Numbered from the stretch's first letter, positions 12,399-25,298 are shown. The stretch is DNA of 64,000 nucleotides from Octopus sinensis (GCF_006345805.1 NW_021832221.1:62001-126000), one strand, 5' to 3'. The notes: a model not told the origin generated them from the sequence alone. Translations and numbers: made by a program.

Positions 12399-14110
12399 AT
12401 GATCTATTTGATAGTCTTCTTTTTTATACTGACATCTTCATATTGGAATAAATATGAAAAATATAAACAAAAAATTAAAAAATTACGAAAATACATCCCA
12501 ATAGTAGAAAAGGCAAAGTGGTCGGATTTCGAAGATGACTGCTCGAGAAATTGCTATGAACAATATACTGTACAGAACTTCACACAAAGCCGAGTTTGTC
12601 GTCGTTGTGTCACATATCAACACAATCTAAAGGGGAAATTTCAGATGTCAAAAAAATGTCCTCAAGTTCCCGACGGGTTTAGAATATTTTTAATAGTTTT
12701 AATAGAATGTGCCCTAAAATTCAAAACAGTTCTATAAATGTCACCAAAATATGTTCCGTCGTTAACTGCAAGTACAAAATCGACAAGAACAACTTTTACA
12801 CGGGAATATGGTCTGACTGGATAATCAAAACAACGCCAAAAAATCATGTTTATCAAATAAAATATTGCCTTCCATCAACAAGAACCTTCGACGTGGTAAA
12901 TGGAATTGGACTTCGGGAATCTCTGATTATCCAAGACCCCACAGGAAAGGCTTCAAGACCGTTGACAATTAACGATTATTACGTAATACCGACTAATCGA
13001 CAATTTAGTGCGACAATTCAAACAAAACATACGAAATAAGAGAGGTAGAAATTATCGGGCCTTATTGGTCTGAATGGAGCACTCCAATGTGCAGTGACAA
13101 GTGTGAGTCGTCTGCATACCAAGTGAGCACGAGGAAATGCATCAACGAGAACGAGACACACGGCTGCAATCTGAGCCATGTGTTTAATTATCTCAAACTC
13201 GAGCCACGCAACTGTCTAGTTCAGATATCTGAAGCAAGATGTATTAATAAAGTATTTTATTTATTTACTCATTTTAAGTTTTGGAACCATAAGGGAGCAT
13301 TCTATGGCCTAATCGACCAAAAGTCTTTCGATGCAAATTATGGCTGGCTCTACTCGCAATTAAACAGCCACTTCATAATCAGTGGAACCACCATTACTTT
13401 ATACCTCAAGGTTTGCTGTAAACTGCCAACCAACTTATAGAACGAAGTTTGGGTCAGACTAAACATGCGCGAATACGATTTTGAGCTGATTTGGTTTAAA
13501 AATTTGGATCCAGTCAACCTTGATGGACGAGTATATTCAAAGAAAGAGCATCTCGTCATTGAAAATGCAAAAATAGAAGACTCAGGGACTTATATTTTAT
13601 ATGTAAGCATAATATTAGTACCAAAATAGGCCATGGAATTCGACAAAGCTAAAATTAGAAGAAAACTTGTGCCCCTCGAACTCCACACTTTGGTGGTGAC
13701 CTGGAAAGGCAAAAAAGGCGAAATGACAGCGTATTTGAACGAGCCTTTTTCAGTCGACTGCGAGTCGAGTGTTTTCGCCTATCTTTTTAAGAGCTCAGTG
13801 CTCGTTGTGAAATATAATGACATTGTAGTGGAGGTATAATGACATTTTAATGATTTAAAAGGGACAAACCGATTCCCCGTATGAGTCGGTACGTCATTTC
13901 GAGGATATTAGCAAAGAACAGGAAGGACGTTGGATATGCATGATACTTGACAGAGACACAAATCGAGTGTGGTTCACAAAGAATTTTCTTTTGGTTGTCA
14001 ATAGAAGGAATATATTGAAAGCCTTTGAAGACCAGACAGTAATGCCAATCATATATTCCACATTTATTATATTGGGAGTTATTTTGATTACGCACATCTT
14101 TTCAAAGTAA
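12399..14110 (+). CDS. Type I membrane protein: signal peptide, TSP1, Ig-like, TSP1, Ig, Ig, C-terminal TM; multi-exon
   Basis: MIYLIVFFFILTSS signal; WSDFEDDCSRNC and YWSEWSTPMCSDKC TSP1 motifs; DYY-C joined by intron 12983-13008; WFKN...DSGTY and EGRWICM Ig motifs; hydrophobic VMPIIYSTFIILGVILITHIF then TAA 14108-14110; GT-AG introns of 26-30 nt including 12677-12705. Confidence 0.75.
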
Positions 14111-14381
14111 GCGATTCTGTGGGTTATTAAATAGAAAATTCCCGATAAAGTATCAGGAAATAGTCTGTGGAATAAATAGATTTGTATTAAATATTTATCG
14201 ACTATTTATGGCATGTAATAAGTTTATTAAAAGACAAAAGTCAAAACAAAAAAAGAAAATATAATTACTAATAATATTTTTAAAAAGTATACTTCACTTT
14301 TTCAAATATAAAGTCTTACATTAACAAGCTAAATAATTACTTTGGCGTACCAAAAAATAAATTTTGGCCTTGAGAAACATC

Positions 14382-15240
14382 CACCCCTTGACAAAAAAAT
14401 CCGGACATGTAATAAGTGATTTTTATTATAAAATTAAAAAACAACCTTTGAGCACAATATTTTTTTCTATATTTTTATATTTTAAAAATATATTTTAAGT
14501 GTTTTAAACAGCGTATAAATCCATACACTTTTGCTATTATAGTCAAAAGAGTCATTTTTTAATTATTTTAGAAAATAATAATGGATTCTTTTTTCAAAGA
14601 CAAATTATATCCTACTATCAACAAAATTTTTCTTATAGGAATATCTGATGTTTTTGGTGTTCAAAAATCGACTGTATTTAATGTTTTTCGGAAATACATC
14701 AACGAAGGAACCACTTGTAGAAAAAGTGGATCTGAAAATTCAAATTCTGTCCCAACTGTTAAGTGTGGTGGTGGCAAAATTATAATCTGGGGTGTTTTCT
14801 GTTTTTGGCATGGGTACATTATGTTTTATTGAAGAAAAATTTTTTGGCAAACAATCTTGAAAAATCAAAAATTAAAATGGGCTAAACAGTTACATATTTT
14901 AGCAAGACAATGCCCCACGTCATACTTCCATTGCAAAATGGAATTTTTTGCAAAAAAATTAATTTACTCGATTGGTCGGTACAATCTCCAGACATGAATC
15001 CAACACATTTGGGCTAAAATAAAATATGCATTATCAAAGAAAAATATAGAAAATCGACCAAAAATAGAGAACAACAAAAAGATAAAATACTTCAAATTTG
15101 GAATCAAATTAAACTATATTAAAAAATTGATAAATTCAATGAAAAATCGTAGTTTAGAGTTATTCAAATCAAAAGGAAAACATATACCCTACTAATATTT
15201 TATTTTTTTGACATTCTGTCCGGAATTTTTTGTCATAGAA
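14382..15240 (+). mobile_element. Degenerate Tc1-like element with imperfect TIRs
   Basis: TGACAAAAAAATCCGGACA at 14389 versus TGTCCGGAATTTTTTGTCA at about 15217; VKCGGGKIIIWG, QDNAPRHTS, SPDMNP remnants. Confidence 0.75.
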
Positions 15241-15366
15241 TATTTGTTATCTGCTTTAATCTCAACATTTTAATAATATTTATAACAAAATATTATAAAA
15301 TTGGACTTAGAAAAATTACTTAGTTAATCATTTTTTATCAATAAAGGTCGATTCATAAAAAATAAT

Positions 15367-16032
15367 AATACTTTTGTCGAAGTGGTCGCAGTTTTTAGAA
15401 GATAATTAAAATAATTAATTTTTTTAGTGAAAAATAGATTATTTAATTATAACCCTCTATCAATAATTTAAATGGTTATTAAAATTATTTAAAAATTTAT
15501 TTAACCAATTTAGTCATTTTTAGTACGCGGCATCCAAATTCCAGGACTGTAGAAGGAATTTATGTCTTTTACAATCTGTGCAAAACATTCTTATAGTTCT
15601 GTATTTGTTTTCGCCACATAAATTCTGAAAAAATAACTAACTAAAAAAACCTGCGAAATAAGATCCCAGATGATGTCTTACAGCTCCTCTTTGAGCTTTA
15701 TTCTTGCATTTGCACTTCTTCGGACATATACGTGATTTTGAAAGGATATCCACATTTTGCAGAAAATGCACTGCATCCTCCTTACTTATTGGGAGCTGTC
15801 GGAATTTGATCCACAACAGAATTTTCCATGTGACCTATAGTGCCAGTTTATATCAATATTAGGTACATGCTCGCCATAATATTAAAAAAATTAGAAAATA
15901 AATAGTAAAAATTTAATAATATTTTAAATTATTGATAGAGCGACTTAAATAAAATATAATATATTCCACCTCAAAAATTATTAGATTTTTTAAAAGGCCT
16001 AAAAAAACTGCGACCACTTCGACAAAAGTACC
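15367..16032 (-). mobile_element. Merlin (IS1016/ISXO2-like) non-autonomous deletion derivative
   Basis: About 28-bp TIR (GG)TACTTTTGTCGAAGTGGTCGCAGTTTTT; 8-bp TSD AAAATAAT (15359-15366 and 16033-16040); internal DAVHFLQNVDILSKSRICPKKC and HHLGSYFA-EFMWRK rejoined by 26-nt intron 15625-15650. Confidence 0.85.
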
Positions 16033-16129
16033 AAAATAATAATAAAATTAAAAAATATTAATTATAAAATTTTTTTCTGGAAAATATTGATTGCTTTAAT
16101 TCATGATAAAGAAATAGGACAATCTTCTC

Positions 16130-18470
16130 ATGGTTAAAGCTTGTGCGAAATCACAAAAACGAGCTCTTGTTAAACTAAAAACTTTCTCAGAACCCATGTA
16201 ACCTCAAGATCCTATGGAACCTCAAAAACTTATCGAACCTAAAAAACCTTCTCAGCGGTTAATTGAGCCTGACAGCTCAAACCTTTGTTACATCCTCACT
16301 ATCGAAAACCCAGGAGTGGGCAAGATCAAGAGGTTTAACCTCTTTTTCAAATCGCCAACTGTTTCGAAAGCCCGGATAACTTTGCAGAAGTTTGGCACAT
16401 TTAATCTCTATTCGGATGCTGCTTTCAAAGCAGCATGCTACGGTGGATGCCCGTCTTCCAAAGCCGCAACAGCAGCCTCAAGGCCTGCGAAGAACTTGCA
16501 GGCTAAAAGTCCAGTTTGCTGGGTAAAAGCCAAACGCACTGAGTCGGTCTGGACAAAAAGGTCATCCACATGTCCGTCCAAAGTCGATGGGTGCATTCAG
16601 AAATCGCCGGACCTCGGTCCCGACAACATCAGGAAGTCGACAACTCGAAGCACACGGCGTTTGGCTGTCCGACGACCAACCAGGATGTTCGTATACTGAA
16701 AAAAGTCACTGAGAAGCTTGATGTATTTGTCATGACCTCTAAAATCCTGAACCACCATTCGCCCAACGGACCGGACAATTTATGATTAAGTATCTGCACC
16801 CACACTGTTGATAACTTTATGGAAGAGCTCACAGTCTTTGATGATATCGGGAACGACCACCTACCAACTGAGGTCAAAATTCACGCCGGAATTGAAAGGC
16901 AAGTAAGCCTAATATTGACATTGAAAATACTGATACTCCACCTGAAACTTTATCACTTCATCTGACTATAAGCAGTCAAATACATGGTGAAATACAGAAA
17001 TACAACATACTATGCTCAATTCCAACTACTCTAAAGATTTCACACAAAATGAATGGCTCATTTATACTCGAGTTTAGATCTCATGCGGAGGCTAATAACT
17101 TCCAAATGGAGCTTGATCAGAAGAAACCTTTTGTCTCGGGTTGCCATCAAATACGACAGGTTGAGTTACGTTTATCGGAGATCTTCTTAAAGAATATTTC
17201 ATACTGGGCCAGTAATGAAGAACTGGAGAAGTATTTCTCGACGATACTTTTTCCGGGTTTTAAAGTGGAAGGTTTCGTGGATCATCAGAACACTGGGCTA
17301 CATACGGATGCTGCCTTTCATCGAAGAATAACAAAACTACAGAATCCAATCCACCTTCTGATTTCGGATTGTAAACGGTCTCTAAGAAAGCCCCAAGTGT
17401 GACCTCAGCCTGGAATAAAAGCAAACTGTAACTCCTGTTTGGAAGAATCGTCTGCCAACATAAGTCCTTGAAAGCAGTGTATCTATTGGAACCTAAATGG
17501 TCTGTTTAAAGCATTCCATTGACTGTTTGGTGTGTTTGCATACAAACCTCTTCAATTCCAGCCTCCAGAGAGGATATGTTCCAAAGTCATGGAAAAAATC
17601 GAAGTTCGAAACCTAAGAAACCTAAAGAACCCTCGAGCTATAGGCCTATAAGCCTAATTTGCTTTACATCGAAGATAATGGAGAAAATCATCTATAGAAG
17701 ACTAGTATTGCACATAGAGAAGGATCACTGGCTCTTTCACGATCAGTGGTGTTTTTGCCCGGCCTGGACCTGTGGTGACCGCATCTATCGACTGAATTCG
17801 ATAATATTTAAGGCACGAGATTCTGGCTTATCGACCAGTATTATCTGCTTGGATGTATCGAAGGCTTTCGACAGTGCCTGTCAATCAGTCTTGCTGAAAA
17901 ATCTTGAAAATTGTGACATGCGATGCGAAAACCCTTGGATGGTTAGCGAGCTTTCTGAATTCGAGGATCTCCTCTGTAAAATATATTGGTAAAGATTCAA
18001 AAGCCATTCTCCAAAAAAGGGGAGTACCTCAAGGCTCAGTTCTCAGCCCATTACTATTCAAAGTGTACAGACTTTCCAAAACCTGTGTGCATCTCAACTA
18101 ACGTGTTTATTTATGCTGATGACATTATATTACGGACGAAGCAGTCATACCGACAACATCGGAAATGAAACTAAAAATCTGCTTCGAGCAAATAAAACAG
18201 TGGATAGCAGTGAAGTACTTTACTCTGTCAATTGAGAAGTGCACGCTCACTCGAGTATCAAGTGCAAAAACCTTACCATACAGGATTGACTCTATTCGGA
18301 AGACCCAATCGTTTTTATACCTGGGAATCCAATTGTCGAAAACGAAGAAGATGTGCGTCTAATGTTCGAAAACGAACATTTACCGAGCTAGATTTCTTTT
18401 TTCTAGTCTTCATTGCAAATGACTGGAACGCTACACCGGGAATACCTCAAGAACATGAGTACTATCGGAA
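16130..18470 (+). mobile_element. Composite of degraded non-LTR retrotransposon pieces (ORF1/RRM-like, APE, RT)
   Basis: GNDHLP, IYWNLNG, YRPISLICFTSKIMEK, CLDVSKAFDS, GVPQGSVLSPLLF, YADDII. Confidence 0.8.
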
Positions 18471-18489
18471 GACACTGAAAAGGGATTAG

Positions 18490-18790
18490 GGGACTATAGC
18501 AAAGTCATCCACATCCACCAAACTATTTAAAATAGTCTTAAAATATGATAATTTTTTGATATTTTTACACCGCCTTTGTAGCCTGTGTCAAAGTGACCCT
18601 TTCCTCGTCCGCCTGTCAGAATTTGGGCTTTTATCACGAGTTCTTTGGCGTCAATGTTGAGCAGACATTTCCCAGCTTCTGTGGCTTCCTTGGTGGGTTT
18701 GAAATATTCGTCGACATGCAGGATATAGTCTATCCAATCTGACACAACAACTGTCCTCTAATTATTACAAACAGATTATCAATCAATTAA
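18490..18790 (-). pseudogene. SUCLG2: Succinyl-CoA ligase beta subunit (SUCLG2-like) N-terminal fragment
   Basis: DAKELVIKAQILTGGRGKGHFDTGYKGGVKIS matches the ATP-grasp N-terminus; no downstream exons, flanked by LINE debris. Confidence 0.75.
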
Positions 18791-18899
18791 GTTTATTGTA
18801 ATTAACAGAGAAAGTGACAGGAATTAAGGACGGTGATAGGACGAGACTGATGCCAAAGCAACTGAACTCTTCTGAGCTTGCGTCCAATTCATCTGTCGT

Positions 18900-19370
18900 G
18901 AGCCAGAGTTAAGAAAGTAGGTTCATTATTTTTTGACGAGTGTAGAGAGTTTCCGATCGATAAACAGGTCGGTCACTTGGGATCTTCTCCGGAAAGACCG
19001 GATAGATTTCTCAATGACCTGTCGTATCTCCGGGGATCTGGTCTCTGCCCAGCTTGGGACGGGGTCTCGCGGGTCAAGCCTGTAAGCTAGCTTCAACGCG
19101 TAGCGTCGGATTTTCTCGCATTTCCTGTAAATTTTCTCGAGATCTTTCGAGTAGTACCATGCTTCCATTCCGTACAGACCAGATTCGGAGATAAATGAGT
19201 ATCGTTCGGAGAGAAAGCAGCGCAGCCAGAGGTAGACTTCCGCTGTAGGCACACAGAGTTGGACCCTTTCCAGTAGGTCTCTGTGCCAGACGGTGTCGAA
19301 AGCTTTTGAAATGTCCAGACATACAAGAGATAGAGTTTCTTTGAATTCCATTGCTCAGGCAATCCCGTCT
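18900..19370 (-). mobile_element. Non-LTR RT 3' fragment with internal deletion (family also at 28480 and 62330)
   Basis: CLDISKAFDTVWH fused to GMEAWY...KIRRYALKLAYRLDP. Confidence 0.8.
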
Positions 19371-19379
19371 ACGTAATTT

Positions 19380-21900
19380 TATTACAAAATATTTTATTTT
19401 TTTAATAGATTAACAAGTTAAAAGTGATATTAAACTAATTAAACGAATTTCCAGCTCAATAGACCATCCTCCTCTTTGCCCCAACACGGACAACCTTGAC
19501 CGGTCTCCAAACTTCTTTTAGGCAATCTAAAGGATCATTCTTCTTTTCCCGGATGAGACGACTTTCATCAGGTTCCAATTCATAGTTCCATCGCTCTTCC
19601 TCTCGATTAATGTTATTATAGGAGTAGGACTCTTTTTCAAATGCTCCCGTCATTAAGTCGGTTTCGTCGAGTTTCTGATTTATGTTGTTATCAAGGAAAG
19701 TTATATTTTCTTCAAAACCGTCGTCCTCTTGGGACATCATTCCATGTTTATGATCGATGTACATACTTTCAAGAGTCTTCTTCATGATAATAGTTTGGAT
19801 GTATGCTCTTACAGGGTACTCAATTTTCAGACCATTCTGGTATTGTTTGTAGTATTTACTGACAATGGCATCCCACGTTAATACTATGGGTACTATATTC
19901 ACTTTTGCTTTGTGGATTAAAGCCAATTCACTTGCTAAGAGATCATACTTGTGGGATTTTTCGACTTCGACTTTTTTAAGAATTTGCTGCGAAATTATTC
20001 CAATTTCGATTAGTTTAATCGTATTCTTAATTTTATCCCACACGAAAATGTCGGGCTTGTTGTTATGAACGTGTGTGTCAGTACTTATAGTAGTATCGAC
20101 TCTGACCTCGACTGCTTCATTTGCAACTATAGACTGGACTGAATGGGTCTTCAATCTTTTTGACCTTTTTATTCCATACTGTCTGCAGAGATGTAAGTGA
20201 ATACATCTCACTACTTCATTATGCCGTCGTAAGTAATCGCTGTTTAGCATTCGCCCACACCTGGTAGCTAGATGGTCAACAGTATTTTTCGCAGAGTTGC
20301 AATGTTTGCAATTCGTTTCTCCTGCTCCAGAGAGGAAATTGCGGTCTTGTAGTAAACAGAAGGATGCTTCTGATCTCGGAGAAATGCTTCCATATGTTAA
20401 CCACGCGGAGGACTCCGTAACATCGATATTAGTATCTTCCAAACAATTAAAGAGGATTGAATGCAGAGGTTTTTTCCTGATTTCTGCAATTAGGTATTCA
20501 TTCTGTAATCCTTGCAGTGCCTTCACATTGAGACTTCCATGGTCTCCAATTTTGTATTTTCGAGTGATAAATTCTACGATTGTGGCCATATGTGTTTTCT
20601 TTGACTTCATGACCCGCAGAATTCCCGCTCTTCTCAAACAGTAATGAGACTTCTTTTCAAGGTCTCCGAAAAATTGGAGGAGCATTCGTTCGCTTTTTTG
20701 AGTTATAGATACGAGTCCTCTTCCAAGACGATTCCTGGGTAGGTATAATCTTTCTTTGTTCGCCGGCTTCAGGTGAATCTTATTCTGTATTAGAATTCCT
20801 CTGATTTTCTTATCAATAACCTCAAATTCGGTTGGGTCGATATCAATAAGTCCAATATAATAATTATAAAGAGACAATGCATGTTCATTGATGGATTTGA
20901 ATAGATTCCCTGAGTTAAGTTTTGTAGTGGCCAGATTGTTAATTCTTTTCTTCATCTCATCAAAGATTGATTTTAGCACATCGCTTTTCAGTATGTTACT
21001 CATTTTATCTTCGAGCACTCCCAGGTATCGGTAGCTATCAAGTCCATCAAGTAGTTTTGCCTCGGAAGCCAAGCACTGCACGTTAGTAGCTGACTTTTCC
21101 ACATTTTTCTCTAGTCCAGCAGCCTCGAAGAAAAGATTAACATCATTCATCATTTTTATCAACGTATCTTCTTTCTTCGAGAATATTTTCAAGTCATCCA
21201 TGAAAAGTAGATGGTTTGTTGAGTATGTAAGTGATCCCTGGCCAGAGTTGTCGATATTCACTTTTGTAGTAAACAGTTTATCTGTAAGTCGAATGAATTA
21301 ATTTGATCCAACTTCTTATTCAGATTAATCAGTTTTTCATTAATGCGCTCACTCCAGTTGCTTTTTCTTCGAGTCGACATTGTCAGGTATTCATAAGTTA
21401 ATTGCCCCGCATATACAAAATCTGTAATGTCATCTAAATTTTTTTGATAATTGAATTTGGAAAATTCCCAGATTGCTGAATTAATCCCATTTAAAATTTC
21501 CTTCTTTAGTAACTGATAAGGCACTTTTCTTGTTGGCTTTCGTAAATCACGTGGGATTGATTTTACTTTCTCAATCTGGGAACAAAATTCTTCATAACAT
21601 TTTCTAAAATTGGAGACTTCAGTTTTTGGGTCATTTGCATCAGATAATTTGTCCATGGAAATTTTAGCCTTTTTTCCTTTGACTTTCAACAGCATCTTTA
21701 TGTTAGAAACTGACTTGGTAGAAGAGAACTTTTCATTGAATCGATGTCGATTTCCTGAGCTTCATGCTGCCCCCTGACCACTTTCTTTACGTTAGTAGTG
21801 TTTTCTCTATCAATATTCTTCGTAGATAGGTCATTAGGATATGTTTCATTCATCTTGCTTGAACAGACACGCAGTGCACAACAAGAAAACAAATTAAATA
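19380..21900 (-). mobile_element. R4/Dong-clade retrotransposon (RT C-half, CCHC knuckle, REL endonuclease), internally deleted
   Basis: 601-aa ORF 19456-21261: HLLFMDDLK, YRYLGV, ERLYLPR...GRGL, CKHC...VDHLATRC, RHNEVVRCIH, NKPDI, LIEIG, KSHKY; RT domains upstream of FMDD are missing; A-rich tail about 19380-19405. Confidence 0.9.
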
Positions 21901-21934
21901 TTTTATATAAAAGCTCGAATAATTAATTGATAAT

Positions 21935-22065
21935 TATATGTATTAAAATATTGGTGATTTAAAATTAATAATTCTGATACATTATAACTGTAATAATTCT
22001 GATACATTATAATATGTATTAAAATATTGGTGATTTAAAATTAATAATTCTGATACATTATAACA
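21935..22065. repeat. Local tandem duplication of about 50 bp upstream of the R4/Dong element
   Basis: ATGTATTAAAATATTGGTGATTTAAAATTAATAATTCTGATACATTATAAC x2; AATTCTGATACATTATAA x3. Confidence 0.9.
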
Positions 22066-22248
22066 TTTTCATACAAGTTCACTACTCGCAGACAAAATGA
22101 AGAATATAAATTCACCGCATCCAATCTAAAAAAAACTCTGAACAAATACTCTGATGAAGGATCCGTGGAAAATATTGGCAGATTCCTCGTTCCCTTTCAC
22201 GCCCAAATCATCTTGAGAAGTACATATGCACCCTACGTCGTCATATTA

Positions 22249-22969
22249 TGTCGCGAGCGCAGCGCGCGACCGAGCGCTAGACGCAACTTTGACACCTAAC
22301 AAGCCTATCATCAACAAATATATTTATTAAATTATTTAAAATTTTAACATGATTTAAAATTAAAATTGAAATAACTTAAGTTTTCCATTGAATCCCATAA
22401 AATAATTTATAAGTAGACCTTAATAGAAAAAGTAAAATCAATGAATACTGAACGCTAATTTGGTTTAGGTTGTGAGGGGGGTAATAATTTGACAGATCTC
22501 ATTGCTATTTTTTCGTTTTAATCTCTAAAATTAGGTCTTCTAATCAAAAATGAACTGTGCAGACAGGCTTGCTCCTTCAGAAGATTCTTGTTTTGACATT
22601 TTTATAAATAGGAAGAAAAAAGTAAGCAATTGGGTGGCTAAGGGAATTGTCGAGGGCCTGAGGGTCAGCTCAACGATGCCGCGCTGCGTATTGAGTGGCA
22701 GTTTCCGCGGATTTTTATAAATTATGAAGCATTTAGATTTTTTCTCATTATTCTAAAATATCAATTATAAATTTTAAAATATTATTTTTATTTATGAAAT
22801 CGGTTTTAAAGCTCATTCTGCTTTGGCATCGATTTTAATTTTTGTTATCGAATATATTTAATCCCAAATACAAGCCTGGGTATTTGTCAATTTATAGATT
22901 TTTTGATTGATCGGATCTAGAAATTGAGTGGTCGCTCGCTGCGCTCGGTCGCTCGCTGCGCTCGCGACA
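22249..22969. mobile_element. Non-autonomous TIR element with TGT...ACA ends (Ginger-type MITE), 721 bp
   Basis: About 30-bp GC-rich TIR TGTCGCGAGCGCAGCG(C/A)GCGACCGAGCGC; 5-bp TSD TATTA (22244-22248 and 22970-22974). Confidence 0.8.
22652..22710 (-). mobile_element. Very short CRE 3'-end fragment inside the MITE
   Basis: Closely matches 4087-4144 (GGTCAGCTCAA...GAGTGGCAGTTTCCGCGG). Confidence 0.8.
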
Positions 22970-23094
22970 TATTACAATAAATCAACAACAAAGAACATGT
23001 GAATGTCCGTTGCAATAAGCAATCCTATCTACAATTGTCCCAAATCGACTATAGTTGACTAGTACATATGTGTCCGTGTATGAGTTGTGAAACA

Positions 23095-23190
23095 CTGATG
23101 AGTGGGTTTGAGATATTTGTCGACATGCAGGATATAGTCTATCCAGTCTGACACAACAACTGTTCTCTAATCATTACAAACACATTATTT
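23095..23190. repeat. About 95-bp duplicate of 18695-18790 (upstream part of the SUCLG2 fragment)
   Basis: GTCGACATGCAGGATATAGTCTATCCA(A/G)TCTGACACAACAACTGT shared with few substitutions. Confidence 0.9.
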
Positions 23191-23821
23191 CAACCAGTCC
23201 CAATCGACAATTCATAATCACTTTCCTCATTGACAGTAATTTGGTCCCCTAATGACTCTTTTGTGCCCTTTCAGTCATTTCCTGATTTGATCTCATTTCC
23301 TCCTCAAAAACTTTATACATTGACTTCGCTACTTGGGGCTTTTCCAAACATGGTCAGCATCGATAGGACAACGAGCATATTTCCATAATCCATATTCAGT
23401 AAAGAACTCTTTCCATCTTTCTTGAAAATCGACAAAAAGGCGATAATCTTGAAGTCCATATACAAATGTGACATCGATCGAGTAAACACCAAAAAATCAT
23501 TAGGCGAGTAATTATTAAAGAATAAGAAATTTTTTTAAAACGTTGAAGGATTCGCTGAATTTTTAATTTAATTGGGAGTTTTATCGATATGACTTTCTGA
23601 TTAATTTTGTTGAGATAGTTTTTTCGTTGTTTGATAACATGATCTATTTTAATTATTAATGGTTTAATGAATTCGTGAATTTCGGAATTTTCAGACTCTT
23701 GATCAAACTGGGTAATTGCAATAAAAAACTTAGCAGTTGTAATATTATACATTTTTTCTTGATTGTATGGAGACCCGGCATCGACAGGACAATGGACATA
23801 TTTCTGTCCTCTTTTAATATA

Positions 23822-25298
23822 CAGTCCCGTCCAAATGTTAGAGGCACCCTATTTTTTCCCTAAAAAAGGCACTTATTTGTCATTTTTTGACAAAAAGTTT
23901 TTTGTTAATAACAAACTATTGAATAAAAAATCTTAACCTAAAATTTTTGAGCACATTTAGTTTATAATGTGTATTTACTAAGAAACTCAAAATAATACAT
24001 CGTTCATATGTTAAAAGCACATTTCAATAACGAAAGACAAAATTATCCAAAAATTTAATATTTAGTCATTCCTCCATTATTTATGACTACCGAAGATATT
24101 CTTCTTGGAATTGACTCAAAAAGCTTAATAACCACACCTGTATCAATGTTTTCCCAGGCCTTCTTTGTTTCATTCCATAATTCTTGAATCGTTGATGCTC
24201 CACATTTTTTAACTTCTTTTTTTAAATTGCCCATAAATTTTCAATTATATTTAAGTCAGGAGATTGACTTGGCCATTTTTCCATGAGTTTTATGTTGTTT
24301 TCGGCCATAAACGCTCTAGTGGATTTTGATGTATGACATGTTGCTCCATCTTGTTGAAGAAAATAATTTTTTTCATAAAATTTTCAAATCCTTCTTTTAT
24401 AACGCGTTGATATTCGGCGGAGTTGACTGTTTTTCGGCAAAGGACAATTGATCTTTGCCTATTGCTTTTAATTGCTCCCCATATCGTAATTGATAAAGGG
24501 AATTTCACAGTTTCAATTGAATATTCTTTCTGTAATTTTGATCCAGGGGGTCTTCTTATGTATTGCCTAGACATCTGATTTAACTGAATCCGGCATTCAT
24601 CAGAAAATATCACTAAATTCCAGTCGTCTTGATTCCATGGAATTTTAGTAAGACACCATGTATATCTTTTATCAACCTGAGATGCAGTCAATTTTGGTTT
24701 TTTCACTGCAATGCGTCCGAATAAATTGTTGCGTCTCAAAATTCGTTTAATTGTCAAGACTCACTTTTCCGGAAAAGTTACAGCATATAAGAAGATCGTT
24801 GGCGGTCATTTTTGGGTGTAATTTTGACATTCTGATAAGATAGCGTTCATCATTTTTGGTTAATTTTTTGTTCCTTCCCTTTCTTGGCATATCGTTATAT
24901 AAATATCCGTGTAAAAATCGCTTTTTAATTTTTTGAATGGCACAACGAGAGATTCCCAAATCTTTGGATATTATCACCTGAGATTCGCCACATTTTAATT
25001 TTTCGATGACAAGAAACCTGTTATAAGCTGATACACGAGGCATTTGAATTTTTTATTAGAATTAATAATAATAAATTATATAATTATTGCTTTTTACATA
25101 AGTGCCTCTAACATATGAGCGACCAATTATTTTTTGTTTTCAAGTTTGAGAATACTATCGGTCGAATATTTATAAAAACTTTGGAAATGTTTAATTTCCT
25201 TTAAAAACTTAATTTATTCTTTAAAGTCTTTCGAAAAATAATAAATAAGTGCCTTTTTAGGGAAAAAATAGGGTGCCTCTAACATTTGGACGGGACTG
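23822..25298 (-). mobile_element. Full-length Tc1 (DD34E-type) element with a frameshifted transposase
   Basis: About 57-bp TIR CAGTCCCGTCCAAATGTTAGAGGCACCC...; TA duplication at both ends; ATG 25043; VIFSDE, QQDGA, WPSQSPDLNIIENLW. Confidence 0.95.

Noticed and set aside
23822-25298. Micro-intron in the full-length Tc1 transposase (GTGAGT near 24760)
   Set aside because: No acceptor at a suitable distance; a small frameshifting indel explains the ORF break.
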